64,000 nt of DNA from Octopus sinensis (taxonomy: Eukaryota), in contig NC_042997.1 in NCBI RefSeq assembly GCF_006345805.1, positions 160,146,001-160,210,000 on the forward strand, read 5' to 3'. Both the position numbers and the translations under genes were made by a program. The notes beneath the pieces are model-generated. The model worked only from the letters and a program-made list of their open reading frames with translations, was not told where the DNA came from and made no database searches. Shown one piece after another: positions 51,365 to 64,000 of the stretch (its first letter is position 1; each line of letters opens with the position of its first letter).

Positions 51365-53939
51365 TGCTGTTATTGTTTAGTCCCTGTTTAGCACTGATAA
51401 GTCATGGAATTCCGCATTATTTGTGTTGAGAGTGTATCTTTGACTGTATTCTGTTATTCGAGAAACGGTTGATTGCCGTCTCTCGTAAGTTGAAAGGTCA
51501 CTCAGCATAGATATTTTCACACACAGAGCCGTAGCTCACCGAGAATTTGCATATGATACCCTGGTATGCGCCAAAGTTTTAGATCTTAAAATTACATGTA
51601 TGTATATATGTATGTATTTAGTCTTAAAATTACAAAATATTTTGAAGGTAGGCAAAATGCATTGGGATCACGATTCTCGTTTTAAAACGGTCATGCGAAC
51701 ATTCGTACCTACCATTTCAAAATCTAACGGACGAACTTACTAATTCAGTGTGCTTAGATTTGGAAAAGTTTGAAAAACGGCATAATTGGCTAAAGCATAT
51801 TTCCACGTTTCTGATACAAATATAAACTTAACAACTTGTTTCAATTAAAATAAAACTAGCAATCTTAACATTTATGTATACTGGTTTCAGCAATTGAACT
51901 ACAGTTACACTGTCTTAGTCTTATAACTATTGTATCGAAAATACGGCTATTTGCAAACTAGAAATGAAATAAAGTCGGCTTAGGAATGCTGCAATCAGAT
52001 TTTGCCGGAAGAGTGTTATCTGATGAAATAAGTGTTCCGTCAGAGTCGATTTAATCGACTTTTGCTCCCCAAATCTTTGTGCTTTGAGTAAATAACAGAA
52101 ATCAGTATATCTAGGAAGCCGGAATTTACTGGCTTATCGAAATAGATAGAGCCATTATGTATACAAAATTTACATGGGTAAAAGAAGATTCATTTAATAT
52201 CTTAGACCAATACGATTTTCTCATTGTTCATATAAGAGGTTATTATAATGAAAGAGCTAGCAAAAACAACTGTAGCGGTAATGGTAGCAGCAGTATTGGT
52301 TGTTGTAGTAGTAGTAGTTGGTTTTGTATGACTTCGGGTTGTTTTAAACAAGGAGACTTCATATGAAAGGCACCTCATTCTTGACACCAGTCTTTTTGTG
52401 CATAACTACGTGCACGAGGCCTTATATGTCGTTATTTTCTCGTGACTGTAGGTGCGATTTAAAGATAATTTAACTGTTGTTTCTAGAAGGTCGAACAACA
52501 CTGATGTTCAGAGAAGTATTGTATTAAACAATCTTATGGGATTACATACAAAAGAGCCAGAGAATGGAAAGTTAATTTGCTCATGATCTTTTACCAGATA
52601 TATTACCCCAGAGAAATATAAGTACGAATGTTAGGATTCTTAAACCCCAAAGTTAACAAGCATTTACTGTTATAATTTTATTTCTAATTGTTCTTTTTTC
52701 TTTCTTTTGATAGTTTCATAAAGTATTAAGCTAAGACATAAATTGTTAATGGCTTTTTACGTTGTGAATTTATATCCCGCCCAGTTCAACTTCACCATAT
52801 ATTTCTCCGCTATCAATGTAATAGACTCGCCTCAAATTTTAGGTTTTGTGCCTGTTAGAAATCATTACGAGGTCTTCGATGAATCATAACCTGCCGTATA
52901 TATTAATATAAATTATATTCTTGTTATTAACGTAGATGCTGAAATCTGTTTATCGATCTTTGTGGCTTGAGAACCTTTACCTGTTCCTCATATTTATAAC
53001 TAATTATTTACAATGAAGAGAGTTGAACTAACTAATATGGCAGGTAAATTATTTATTTAGTCTCTTTGCATATGAATTCACTACTGAAGAGAATTGACTT
53101 TTCATATTATTTGAATTTGAAGGGATGCTTCTTATGACTTCGCTGATCAATTAAATTGACACTAAAGTTTTACTATACGCATTGGCGCTTTGTCGATTAA
53201 AACCAAAATCAAAATTCATAAAGGGATCCATTTCGTTGAGACTATGTTTATATTGTCAGTAATGTTCCTGCAATAAGGTAATTCAATGCTCTAAACCGTC
53301 ATGACAACTGTCGTTATTAATATTGAAGAGGGTGTAGTCCAAAAGATGTTCCATAATACGAAAACATTGGTTGAAAAGAAATTACATTCTGTAAAATCTC
53401 CAACAATTTATAACAATACGATTTATAACAAAATATTTCCATTGTCTCAACATTCTACTCGAATTTGAATATGTAACAAACAGAATAAAATCTGAAATAA
53501 ATCATAACTGAAGTATTTTTGAACTGGCAAAGTTATTTTCTTTTGAAACTCTTTGACAATAAATGACAATTCTTTAAAACACATATATGAAATTAAATGA
53601 TTGCATTCGATATCTTATCAAAACTTGGTGTATTTTCTCATCGAAAAAGAAATAATCAGAGTAGAAAGTACAAATAAGAGAAAAATTAGAAGTAAAACGG
53701 AATGTAATTTGCAAAATGGTATAAAATTTTAAATGAAAATATTATTATACAGTTATAGTTTATGATATTAGATCTATATTTTGGTTACATTTGTATGTGT
53801 GTGTGGAGAGAGATAGAGAGAGAAAGAGGGAGAGAGAGAGAGGGAGAAAGAGAAAGAGAGAGAAAGAGGGAGAAAGATAAAGGGAGAGACCGTTTTTGTG
53901 TGTGAATGAGTATGTATAAAATAGTAAATTGCTACTCAC

Positions 53940-54116
53940 ACTTTGATACTGATATTAGATAGTTCATTACTTCTAAATATCTAATGTGAATAAGTTGTCC
54001 TCGATCCTTATTGCAATTGTCTGCAGCTTCATTCCATGAAATTTTCGTTGAACCTATTTGATAACACAATCTCAATTCTGGTTGGTAAGTATAGCCGGCT
54101 GATGTAGGACATTCAG
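53940..54116 (-). CDS. C-type lectin domain, N-terminal exon (177 nt, phase 1-1), absent from the ORF track
   Basis: TATAG|CT GAA TGT...AAG T|GTGAGT; ECPTSAGYTYQPELRLCYQIGSTKISWNEAADNCNKDRGQLIHIRYLEVMNYLISVSK; splices in frame to 51196. Confidence 0.9.
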
Positions 54117-55539
54117 CTATATATATAGGTGGGCAAGAGGAATATGTTTCTTCTGTTAGATCATGCGGTAAAGTAATAGCTTATTCTAATTTCAGGTCGC
54201 TATCAACCATTAACTGACTTAGAAATATCGTCTCTTACCAAGTGCACCTCAGTTGAAAGAAGTACCCAAAAGAAAGAGAAAGGAAACAGTGAATATATCC
54301 CACTAAAAGTCAAAAACAGAAAAAGAAGAATAGTAAAACAGACGACATTGTACAGCGAACACGCGATACACTAGACACTCACACAGCAAATATCACCACC
54401 AGTAACACCAATAGAATTTATAGACACTTCCACTCTAGTCTTGCTTTTGCATGCACAATACATCTCTTTCTAAAATTTACTTTTCTTCAGCACTCTCTCA
54501 ACCTCCCGCCAACATATTTAACAGCTCTAAAAGTTTCTTTATTCACCAAAATGCAAGACAGTGTGACCAGACGGCATTAAAAATGCATGATTAAGAGCTG
54601 GTGCTAAACGCACCTATTTTGATAGTTTTCATCTCTTTATGAACGTGTATATTTATGAACAGGTTATTGCATCATTAAAGCTTAAAGCAGTTACCTTTCT
54701 AACTTTAATGGCTACATAAATGGCTATATACATTTTAACATATTTATAGAAACACGGTTCTGTAACGTTCGATACATAGAAAAAACGAAGTAACTTTTCT
54801 AAACAATTCACACAGAAAACAGCACTAAATGTGTACGATTAATTACAAGTGTAAAATTAAAAACTACCTAATAGGAAAGATTACCCAGGCTGTGAACAGC
54901 TTTAAATTAATTCTGACTAAACTTATTGTCTATTTTGAAAAACAAATACAAATATCAGTGAAAAAACAAAATCATCATAGCTAAACGTACGTACGTCTCC
55001 ATTGATCATATCGTGACTACAATCACAGGATACAAGGAGCTAGGATCGTAACAAATCCGCAAGAAGCACTAGCTTGAAAGCCGTACTCCGTGCGGACTTT
55101 TAAGGTAGCTTCTGCCAAGGGCTAACTGGGTCTGCGAGCCACGACTAAAGAGTGAGAGAGAGAGAGAGAGAAAGAAAGTGAGAGAGAGAGATAGAAAGAA
55201 AGTGAGAGAGAGTGAGAAGGGGGAGGGAAATTGACTATGATACGACTATAATGACTATAAGCCTCGGTGGTGTTCGATCGGAGTTTAAAGACGGATGAGA
55301 ATTAATTTTGTAATGCATTCATTCTATTGCTCCGTCCCAAGTTTAATTCCAATTGTTGGCCAATTTGTCCCAAAGTTCTTAGATCTTGTATACAATTTAT
55401 TGGAATTTCGGCTTCGACCCAGGTTGGTGTTAATTTGGAACTGTTGAATCTTTGAACTGTTGTTTGTAAAAATTGTTACTTTGTGGAATTGTTTGACGAA
55501 TTTTTAATGTAATTTAAACACATAGCTTGTTAAGCAAGC

Positions 55540-57880
55540 TTGTATTTTTTGTTGCTTCTCTACCTGCACGAGAAATGGAGGTGGAGATGCCAGGTGCAGA
55601 GAAAAGTGGAAGCTACGCAGCAGTAGCCGGTCAAATGAATGTACCTATTGATAAACTGCGAAAATGTAAGAAGTTTACCGAAAAGGAGGGAGGCAAAGTA
55701 AAGCTGACTTCTCCTCAAGACTTATTAGTAGAAGTGGAAATGAAAACTGTTATTTACAGGTCACTCAACACGAAAGAATGAAAAATGGAAGTAGCGAAAG
55801 AGGAACATATCGAAAGTTGTCTGCAGTGTATTAAGGACAAAGCAACTTCTTACACTCGTGGAAAGAAATTCGGTACAGTAGAGGTAAGATTCATCTCAAC
55901 AGAAGAAGCAGTAAGAACTTCACTGTACCTATTGGAAATGAGGAATGGAAGATCCTGCCAACTTACTTGGGTAGAAGAATAAACAGAGTAAGGGTTGGTA
56001 GGATTCCTCCGGAAATGAAGGAGGAATGGATAGCGGCGGCAGTCCTATCCACTACAAAAGAAGAGCTCAGCATAGGGTCAGCAACAAGAACGCAGAAACT
56101 AAACTGCTGAGGACACGGCCTTGAGTTTCTGGTTCACATAACTTTAGCGGATATGAACGAGATTCCAGTAAGTAATTGAACTCCCAGATGAGGGAACACT
56201 AAATGTTTCAGTGGAGGAGCGACCCCTCACTTGCTACGGATGTAGACGGAAGGGGCACATAAAAAAGTGCCCCCGGATAAACAATGAAACTAGAGAAAAC
56301 CTGTATGAATAAAGTCGGAGTACCGAAATGACAAGCCCCGCACAGGAGAAGTGTACGGAGGATAGAGAAGAAGAGGTATTTACAGAAGTACCCAAAAGAA
56401 TGAGAAAGGACACAGTGAATACATCCCACTAAATGCTAAAGAAAGAAAAAGAAAAATAGTAACACAGAAGACATTGTACAGCAAACACACGATACACTAG
56501 ACACTCACACAGCAAATATCACCACCAGTAACATCAATAAAAAAAAAGGAAACCACCCCAGATAGTCCGAGTTCACCTTGTAGACAAACAGACAAGCATA
56601 GCACACAGTCCCTGAAAAGGACCCGAAAAAACAAAGCGCTTATTGTGACATACACAAAAAAGCACGGCAATTGAACGAAAAATCACCAAGTTCAAATCGG
56701 TGATTAGAGTGAAATTATCGGTTGAAGAATATACAGAAAACACTAAACGTATACTAATAGACAAGGAAAGATATGCTAAATTAAAGGAATGATTCTGGAA
56801 AAACATAGACCCGTTACGAGTGGAGGTGGCATATGATGAACCACCTCTAGTCGTGGACTATGACGACTTGAAACCGTTTACTGGTAAAACAAGTAAGCAA
56901 GTTTTTAATATAAAATAGAAAAAGAAAACGAAATGACTACTGCGAGAGGTTGGTAATAGACCTCGAGAAGATTGGAAGTCACTGGGAGCTGCACAAGAAA
57001 GAGGGGAAAAGCCTGTGACTGACTTCTCCAGAAGAAATGACCAATAGTACCAGGAGGATAGTGTGCTACAGAACGCTGTCCTTATCCAGCAAGAAAATTG
57101 AGATAGTGACGGAGGAGGCTATAGAAATATGCCTAGAAAATGTCAAAAGTATAGCCATCTGCTATACCAGAGGAAGAAAGTACGGCAAAGTGCAGGTGAG
57201 GTTTACCACGGAAGAAGAGGCAATCAATCACTCCACTATACCGCTGAGATCACAGGAATGGGCGCTCCTGCCAACCTACTGCGGCAAAAGAGTCGTGAGA
57301 ATTAAGGTTGGCAGGTTACCGCCAGAAATAGAGGAAGCATGGTTGGTAGTAGCCATAACTTATGAAACGGAAGAAATCAAAATATTGCATGTCACAAGAA
57401 CTAAGAAGTTAAATTGTTGAAATTGTTGGAGTTATGGACTGGAATAGGTGGTCTAAGTCAGCCAAGAAGAATTAAATGTGATAACGGAAGAAATACTGCC
57501 TCAGTACCCCATGTATTAATACAGACACAAATGCAGACAAACAAAACACACACACCCTCAAAATCCCCCTATGTCACATGGCTCACATTATGACATACGC
57601 CAAAAGCACGTCAATCGAACGCATGATTACCAAGATTAATTAGATAATCAGAGTGAAATTTCTGGCTGAGGCGAAACCGGAATACATATATGTATATAAA
57701 TAGACAAAGAAAAATACACAAAATTAAGAGAAATATTTGGTTCACTAATTGACCCGTTAGGAGAGGAGGTGGAAACAGAACCTTACCTCCAGTCGTAGAT
57801 TACAGACATAATACAGCACCTGAACTAGTAAATATATTAAGTACAATTTTTATTGATGAAAGTTTGATATAAAAAAAAAC
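55540..57880 (+). mobile_element. Two tandem decayed copies of a gag/ORF1-like retroposon (RRM-like region + CCHC knuckle); third fragment at ~54245-54410
   Basis: YTRGKKFGTVEVRF vs YTRGRKYGKVQVRF; RVGRIPPE vs KVGRLPPE; CYGCRRKGHIKKC at 56232-56270; A-rich ends at ~56910 and ~57870; 54260-54410 is nearly identical to 56385-56535. Confidence 0.65.
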
Positions 57881-58824
57881 TGAAAAAAAACCCAGTTAAA
57901 TGTAACCACCCGAAAGTGGGACTCGAGTGGCCATTTCACTTTCATTTTTCATATAATTTTTTCTTTCATCCGTTTCTTGTTTTGTCCACACTTGTATTGT
58001 TCTGTCTTTCCTTGTGCTGTCCACTCTGTGTTTCGGGCCTTTGTGCCTAATAAAGAATTAAGCAGAGAAAAAGCCGAGAGTAGCGTATTGCCGAGGGTCA
58101 ATACTAGTATCTTGAGTGGAACGATTTGCAAGTATTATTATCCGTTATATCGTACGTCGAACGTGCGATACAACAACTAGTAAGCTGCATATCTATGGTA
58201 GTATAATAGTATGTGTAAGACATATTGACGATAGCAAATAAACTATTGACAACATGTACAATGACACAAAAAAGTAAAACTACGGAAAAAAATAGATATT
58301 ATTACATAAAAGCAAACATACGACAGTTGTATTGATAAAATTGACACCAGTATTTGGTCTTGTTTCTGGTCTAGTGCTCATCTTAGAAACAATAATCTAT
58401 TCGTTTATTGAAAACTTACCTAGAGTTGTGCGTGTATAAGATTAGTTAATGTTGTTCCTGCTACGCATACGTGGTTAAGTGATTCTTTTGTTTGAAGGAT
58501 TTAGGTCAACAGTAGAAAGTTAGTTTAACTGCAAGCACGCACTCATTGCTAACTTTCTCCCTCTGTCTGTGTGTCTGTATCTCTCAATCTATCTCTCTTT
58601 CTCTGTCTCACTCTCTCTTTTTCTCGCTTTCTTCATATCATGTAATGTGACATGAAATGTTTGGTAAATACAGCTTAGTATCTGTCCCTTGTTATATTAT
58701 ACTACAAGATATTCCTGAAGTTTATGGTGAAATATTTGGGGAAATCTAATGAAACACTTCGCAACTATTTTCGATTTCAGCAAAGACATTACGTCTGTAG
58801 ATAGAACAAGAGAACAGTAGAATA

Positions 58825-60075
58825 CGAGAGGCATTCAATAAGTAATGCCCCTGACCCACTTGCAATTGTTGGATCTAGCATGTGCACTTATTTATACCTC
58901 TATAGATGAAGTGGCAAATTACAGCTCTAAACGAATTGTGGTTTCTGATTTACAGGTGTTTGAACTGAGTCAAGTGTGAAATGGAGCCTGTTGAGTGTCG
59001 AGCAGTGATCTGGTTTTTGTATTTGAAAGGACGCACACCACGGGAGACTTTTGATGAAATGAAAGTAACTTATGGTGATGATGCCCCATCATATGACCTT
59101 GTAAAACGCTGGCATTGTGAATTCAAACATAGTCGGAACTCTGTGGAAACAGCTCCCAGATCTGGTCGCCCCCTTCTGCCGTTGATGGGACGTCTGTCCA
59201 TCAAGTTGAGGCTGCCATTTTGGAAGGTCAACGCATAACTATTCGCCAAATAGCCCATAAGGTCAAGATTAGTACCGGATCTGTGGAAACTATCATTCAT
59301 GACCATTTGCATTTGCAAAAGGTGTCTGCCAGATGGATTTCCAGGTTGCTCACACCTTTCCAGAAGTAAGAACGCGTTGAGTGCTCGAGGATGAATTTGG
59401 AGATGTGCCAAGAAGATGAGTCAAAATTTTTCAAAAGACTGATCACACAGGATAAAACCTGGGTCCATCACTATGATCCATAGACCAAAGCCCAGTCAAT
59501 GCAGTGAAAGCACCGTGACTCACCTCCTCCAAAGAAGGCAAGTGTGCAGCCCTCCGCTGACAAGGTTATGGTCACAGTCTTCTGGAACCAGGACGGAGTA
59601 GTGATGACAGATTTCCTGGCAAAGAAATTACAGAGCCTATTATGCTTCACTTTTGAAGAAATTAAGAGAAGCTATCAAAATCAAGAGGCGGGGCAAGATC
59701 AGCAAAGGCATCCTCCTCCTGCAGGACAACGCTCCGGTACACAACTCGCGTGTCGCCAGATCAGAAGCACAGGCGTGCAGCTATGAACTCCTCCCCTTGC
59801 ACCCTCTGATTTTCACCTCTTCCCAGCCATGAAGTTGATTTTGAAAGGAAAGCGTTTCCCAGATGATGCAGCCTTGATTTCTGAAGTCACGTCGTGATTG
59901 GAGGACCAAGCTGGGGTCTTCTACAAAAACGGTCTCCAGAGCTGTATCAAACAATTGGAGAAATGCATAACTCTGGGTAGTTCCTATGTAGGAAAAGACT
60001 AATAACTGTGCCAAGTGTCGTTACTCTACTGCTATGGGAAGTGGGTCAGGGGCATTACTTATTGAACGCCCCTCG
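58825..60075 (+). mobile_element. Full-length mariner (1251 bp), transposase 58981-60002 disrupted
   Basis: 37-bp TIRs CGAG(A/G)GGC(A/G)TTCAATAAGTAATGCCCCTGACCCACTT with 2 mismatches; TA on both sides; RAVIWFLYLKG..PRSGRP, DKTWVHHYD, KVMVTVFW, LLQDNAPVH. Confidence 0.95.
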
Positions 60076-60905
60076 TATCCTTTGTAAATTTTGAGGCATT
60101 TCATTAAAGAAATCCAGTAATGATATGAGTGTGAAGGTTAGTGTAATTAAAATGCAAGTATAATGAACCTGTGAGAGATGACAGTGCATGCAAGGTTACG
60201 AAATAAACAACCATAATATTGTAATAAATGACTAAATTAAGAAATGCTGTGTGCACGCTATGCCATATACTTTGAATACAATAGAATGATAACACAGTGG
60301 TAGTATTTGCGCGGTTAAGACGCTATCTTGAGTTTAATTTCACTGTACAGTACCCTAAAATGTATTTTCTGTCATCTACGTTAAATAGAAAAAAAGTGTA
60401 ATTGAAATCTCTCTATGTTCGTTCGACCTTCTATAACGAACAGCCAAACCCCACTGAAATCATATCCTCGTCTTAGAGAAAGAACATATAAGATGATATA
60501 TGTTCTAGAAAGCACTAAAACACATGAGATAATTACGGTGGAAATGCCTTTGATCATATTCTATCAGGATTAACCATAGCTTCCACAACAACAAGAACAG
60601 CAACAACAACACATTTAAGGGGAAACGTAAATTAATCTGAAAGAAATATATGGAAAGCAAAAGGTCAAAAACATAGTTAGGGATATGACTGATGCTGCTT
60701 CAATTAGAAGAACATTCAGAATGGGTGGAAGGTAAAGAATAATAGAAAAGAAATACATAACTATTCTTTGAACATTGGTTTCCTTGAAGAGGGTCTACTA
60801 GAGGATGATGGAAAGTAAATATATACACATCATGGAAAATAGAAAAGAATCTCGTTTTGGCCGTGCATAGAGGATACACACACACGCACACACATACACG
60901 CAGTG

Positions 60906-60944
<39 letters not shown>

Positions 60945-60945
<1 letters not shown>

Positions 60946-61322
60946 TAGCAGTATTGCCCGGCGTTGCTCAGGTTTGTAAGGGAAATAACTATAAAGCATT
61001 TTTAGAGAGTTATAGCCAAAAAGTAGCAAAAAAATGGAAAAAAAATGATGGTAAATTTTTTTTTGAGAGTAAAAAAAGGTTGAGTTGCGTCCCCTAGACA
61101 GTCTGTGGTTTGTTTTTTTTGATTCTCGACCCCATGTCGAATTTATCGATTCTTTTCAGAACTGGGGGAACTTTTCAAAATTTTCGCTGCGTTAGTTTTG
61201 AATTATGACATTGGGCTATGTGTGTGTCAAGTTTCATCAGAATCGGTTGAAAGCCGTGGTCAGGGTGAGGGTACGAGAAAACAGACACACAGAAACACGC
61301 ACAGACAAACTGCCGTTTATAT

Positions 61323-61327
<5 letters not shown>
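60945..61327 (-). mobile_element. Short non-autonomous Helitron
   Basis: Minus strand starts TCTCTATATAAACGGCAG and ends CCTGAGCAACGCCGGGCAATACTGCTAG, the same 3' signature as the 35703 and 37944 ends. Confidence 0.8.
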
Positions 61328-61385
<58 letters not shown>

Positions 61386-61494
61386 AATTTAGATAATAAG
61401 GCTGAAAAATTGAATACTAATTTGATTAATATCAATTTAAAACCAGTGGCCTAGCATATTGAAAATTCTGAAAATTCAGAAAATTTATATAACA

Positions 61495-61864
61495 TACATA
61501 TAAGAGGGATGACCACGAAGTAGATATCCATTATGCTAGAAGTAGACCCTTTATGGTCTTACCACTAAGAAAAGATTGTTCTCAAGAAAATTCGGCAAAC
61601 GCCAGAACGTAAGCGAGCAAGATAAATGAATAGACACAAAATATAAAGGTTAATCACAAACCCGATTCCATTGTTATCACTTACGTAAGTGGTAACAATG
61701 AAATAGGGTTTGCGATTAATCTTAATATTTGGCATCTTTTCATTTGTCTTGCTTGATTACGCTCTGGCGCTTGCTGAATTTTCTTCAGAACAATCTTTTC
61801 TTAGTGGTAAGACTATAGGGGGTCTACTTCTAGCATAATAGATATCCACTTAGTGGTCATCCTT

Positions 61865-61874
<10 letters not shown>
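61495..61874. repeat. 380-bp imperfect palindrome (190-bp arms, no spacer)
   Basis: Centre CACTTAC|GTAAGTG at 61684/61685; arms align out to TACATATAAGAGGG / CCCTTCTTATATGTA. Confidence 0.9.
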
Positions 61875-61949
<75 letters not shown>

Positions 61950-62312
61950 AGAATATGTGTCTGCTGCCTGTCTGTATGTATGTGTGAATCCCTAAAACTC
62001 GAGAAGTACCCAACCAATTTCATTCAAATTTTACACATGCATTACTTAGGGTCCATGGATTGTTTTTAATGTCTTGCCTAATGCATGCTCGGAGCATTCG
62101 TCTAGACTGGTTCAGTATTACATGTGAAAAGTGAATATTGTTTCACTTTTAATTAAGATCATCTTGTAGTACATATTTACCGTTCAATTATCAGTTAATA
62201 AGCATCGTAGCAGTTGCAATGTTGCAAGGTATTTACAATTACATATTAACTCTTAAATTAAAATTTATTACATGTGCTTAATATATATGTATATTAAGAA
62301 ATTTATCTATAA

Positions 62313-63717
<1,405 letters not shown>

Positions 63718-64000
63718 TAGATAGACACACACACACACGCACGCAAGCACAGACACACAAAGATAACTTGATAGATATAACTGAGTGGGCAAACAAAAAT
63801 ATGAGACACAGCCTAGGGCTTTTTTATGTTAATAAACCTGGTACTTATTCTATTAGTTTGTTCTTCTGAAACCAGTAAGTTATGGGGATGTAAATAAATG
63901 AACAGCAGTTGTGAATCATTGGTGAGGGCGAAAACAGAGACAAAACACACACATACACTTGCATATATACATACATATATATATATATATACGATTGAAT

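Noticed and set aside
52400-53600. Possible decayed DNA-transposon coding sequence
   Set aside because: No motif could be recognised in any frame.
58414-58470. Perfect AG|GTAAGT donor on the minus strand as the lectin gene's upstream exon
   Set aside because: All three frames are closed just upstream, so it cannot supply a signal peptide; it could only be a non-coding exon, which needs RNA evidence.

Overview
Eukaryotic, AT-rich, repeat-dominated genomic DNA, not prokaryotic. The SINE families, very long (TA)n/(AAT)n tracts and LINE/Penelope/Helitron mix resemble an octopus-type cephalopod genome (inference, no search run). Host coding sequence is limited to three minus-strand exons: a signal peptide + PAN/apple exon (11226-10878, ending at a phase-1 GTGAGT donor) and two spliceable exons of a C-type lectin domain (54116-53940, missed by the ORF track, and 51196-50952). 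Their order suggests two neighbouring secreted PAN/C-type-lectin genes. The rest is mostly decayed transposable elements: R4/Dong-like RLE LINEs, CR1/L2-like LINEs, an RTE LINE, an L1/Tx1-like remnant, Penelope-like elements, two mariners, a Chapaev-like remnant, SINEs and non-autonomous Helitrons. The best signals outside the ORF track are: (i) several minimal type-I hammerhead ribozyme motifs in Penelope/retrozyme-like repeats (intact cores at 28607-28705 +, 28928-28972 -, 47479-47561 +; degenerate ones elsewhere); (ii) a head-to-tail dimer of a chimeric Helitron carrying a ~160-bp satellite and a helicase fragment; (iii) a 3' CATGGCC-hairpin-AAAC module shared by SINEs and two LINE families; (iv) a 380-bp palindrome; (v) a lectin domain lacking a conserved cysteine. 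No CRISPR array, rRNA or true tRNA gene is supported. Most long ORFs in the track are microsatellite translations. TE boundaries are approximate unless termini are quoted.
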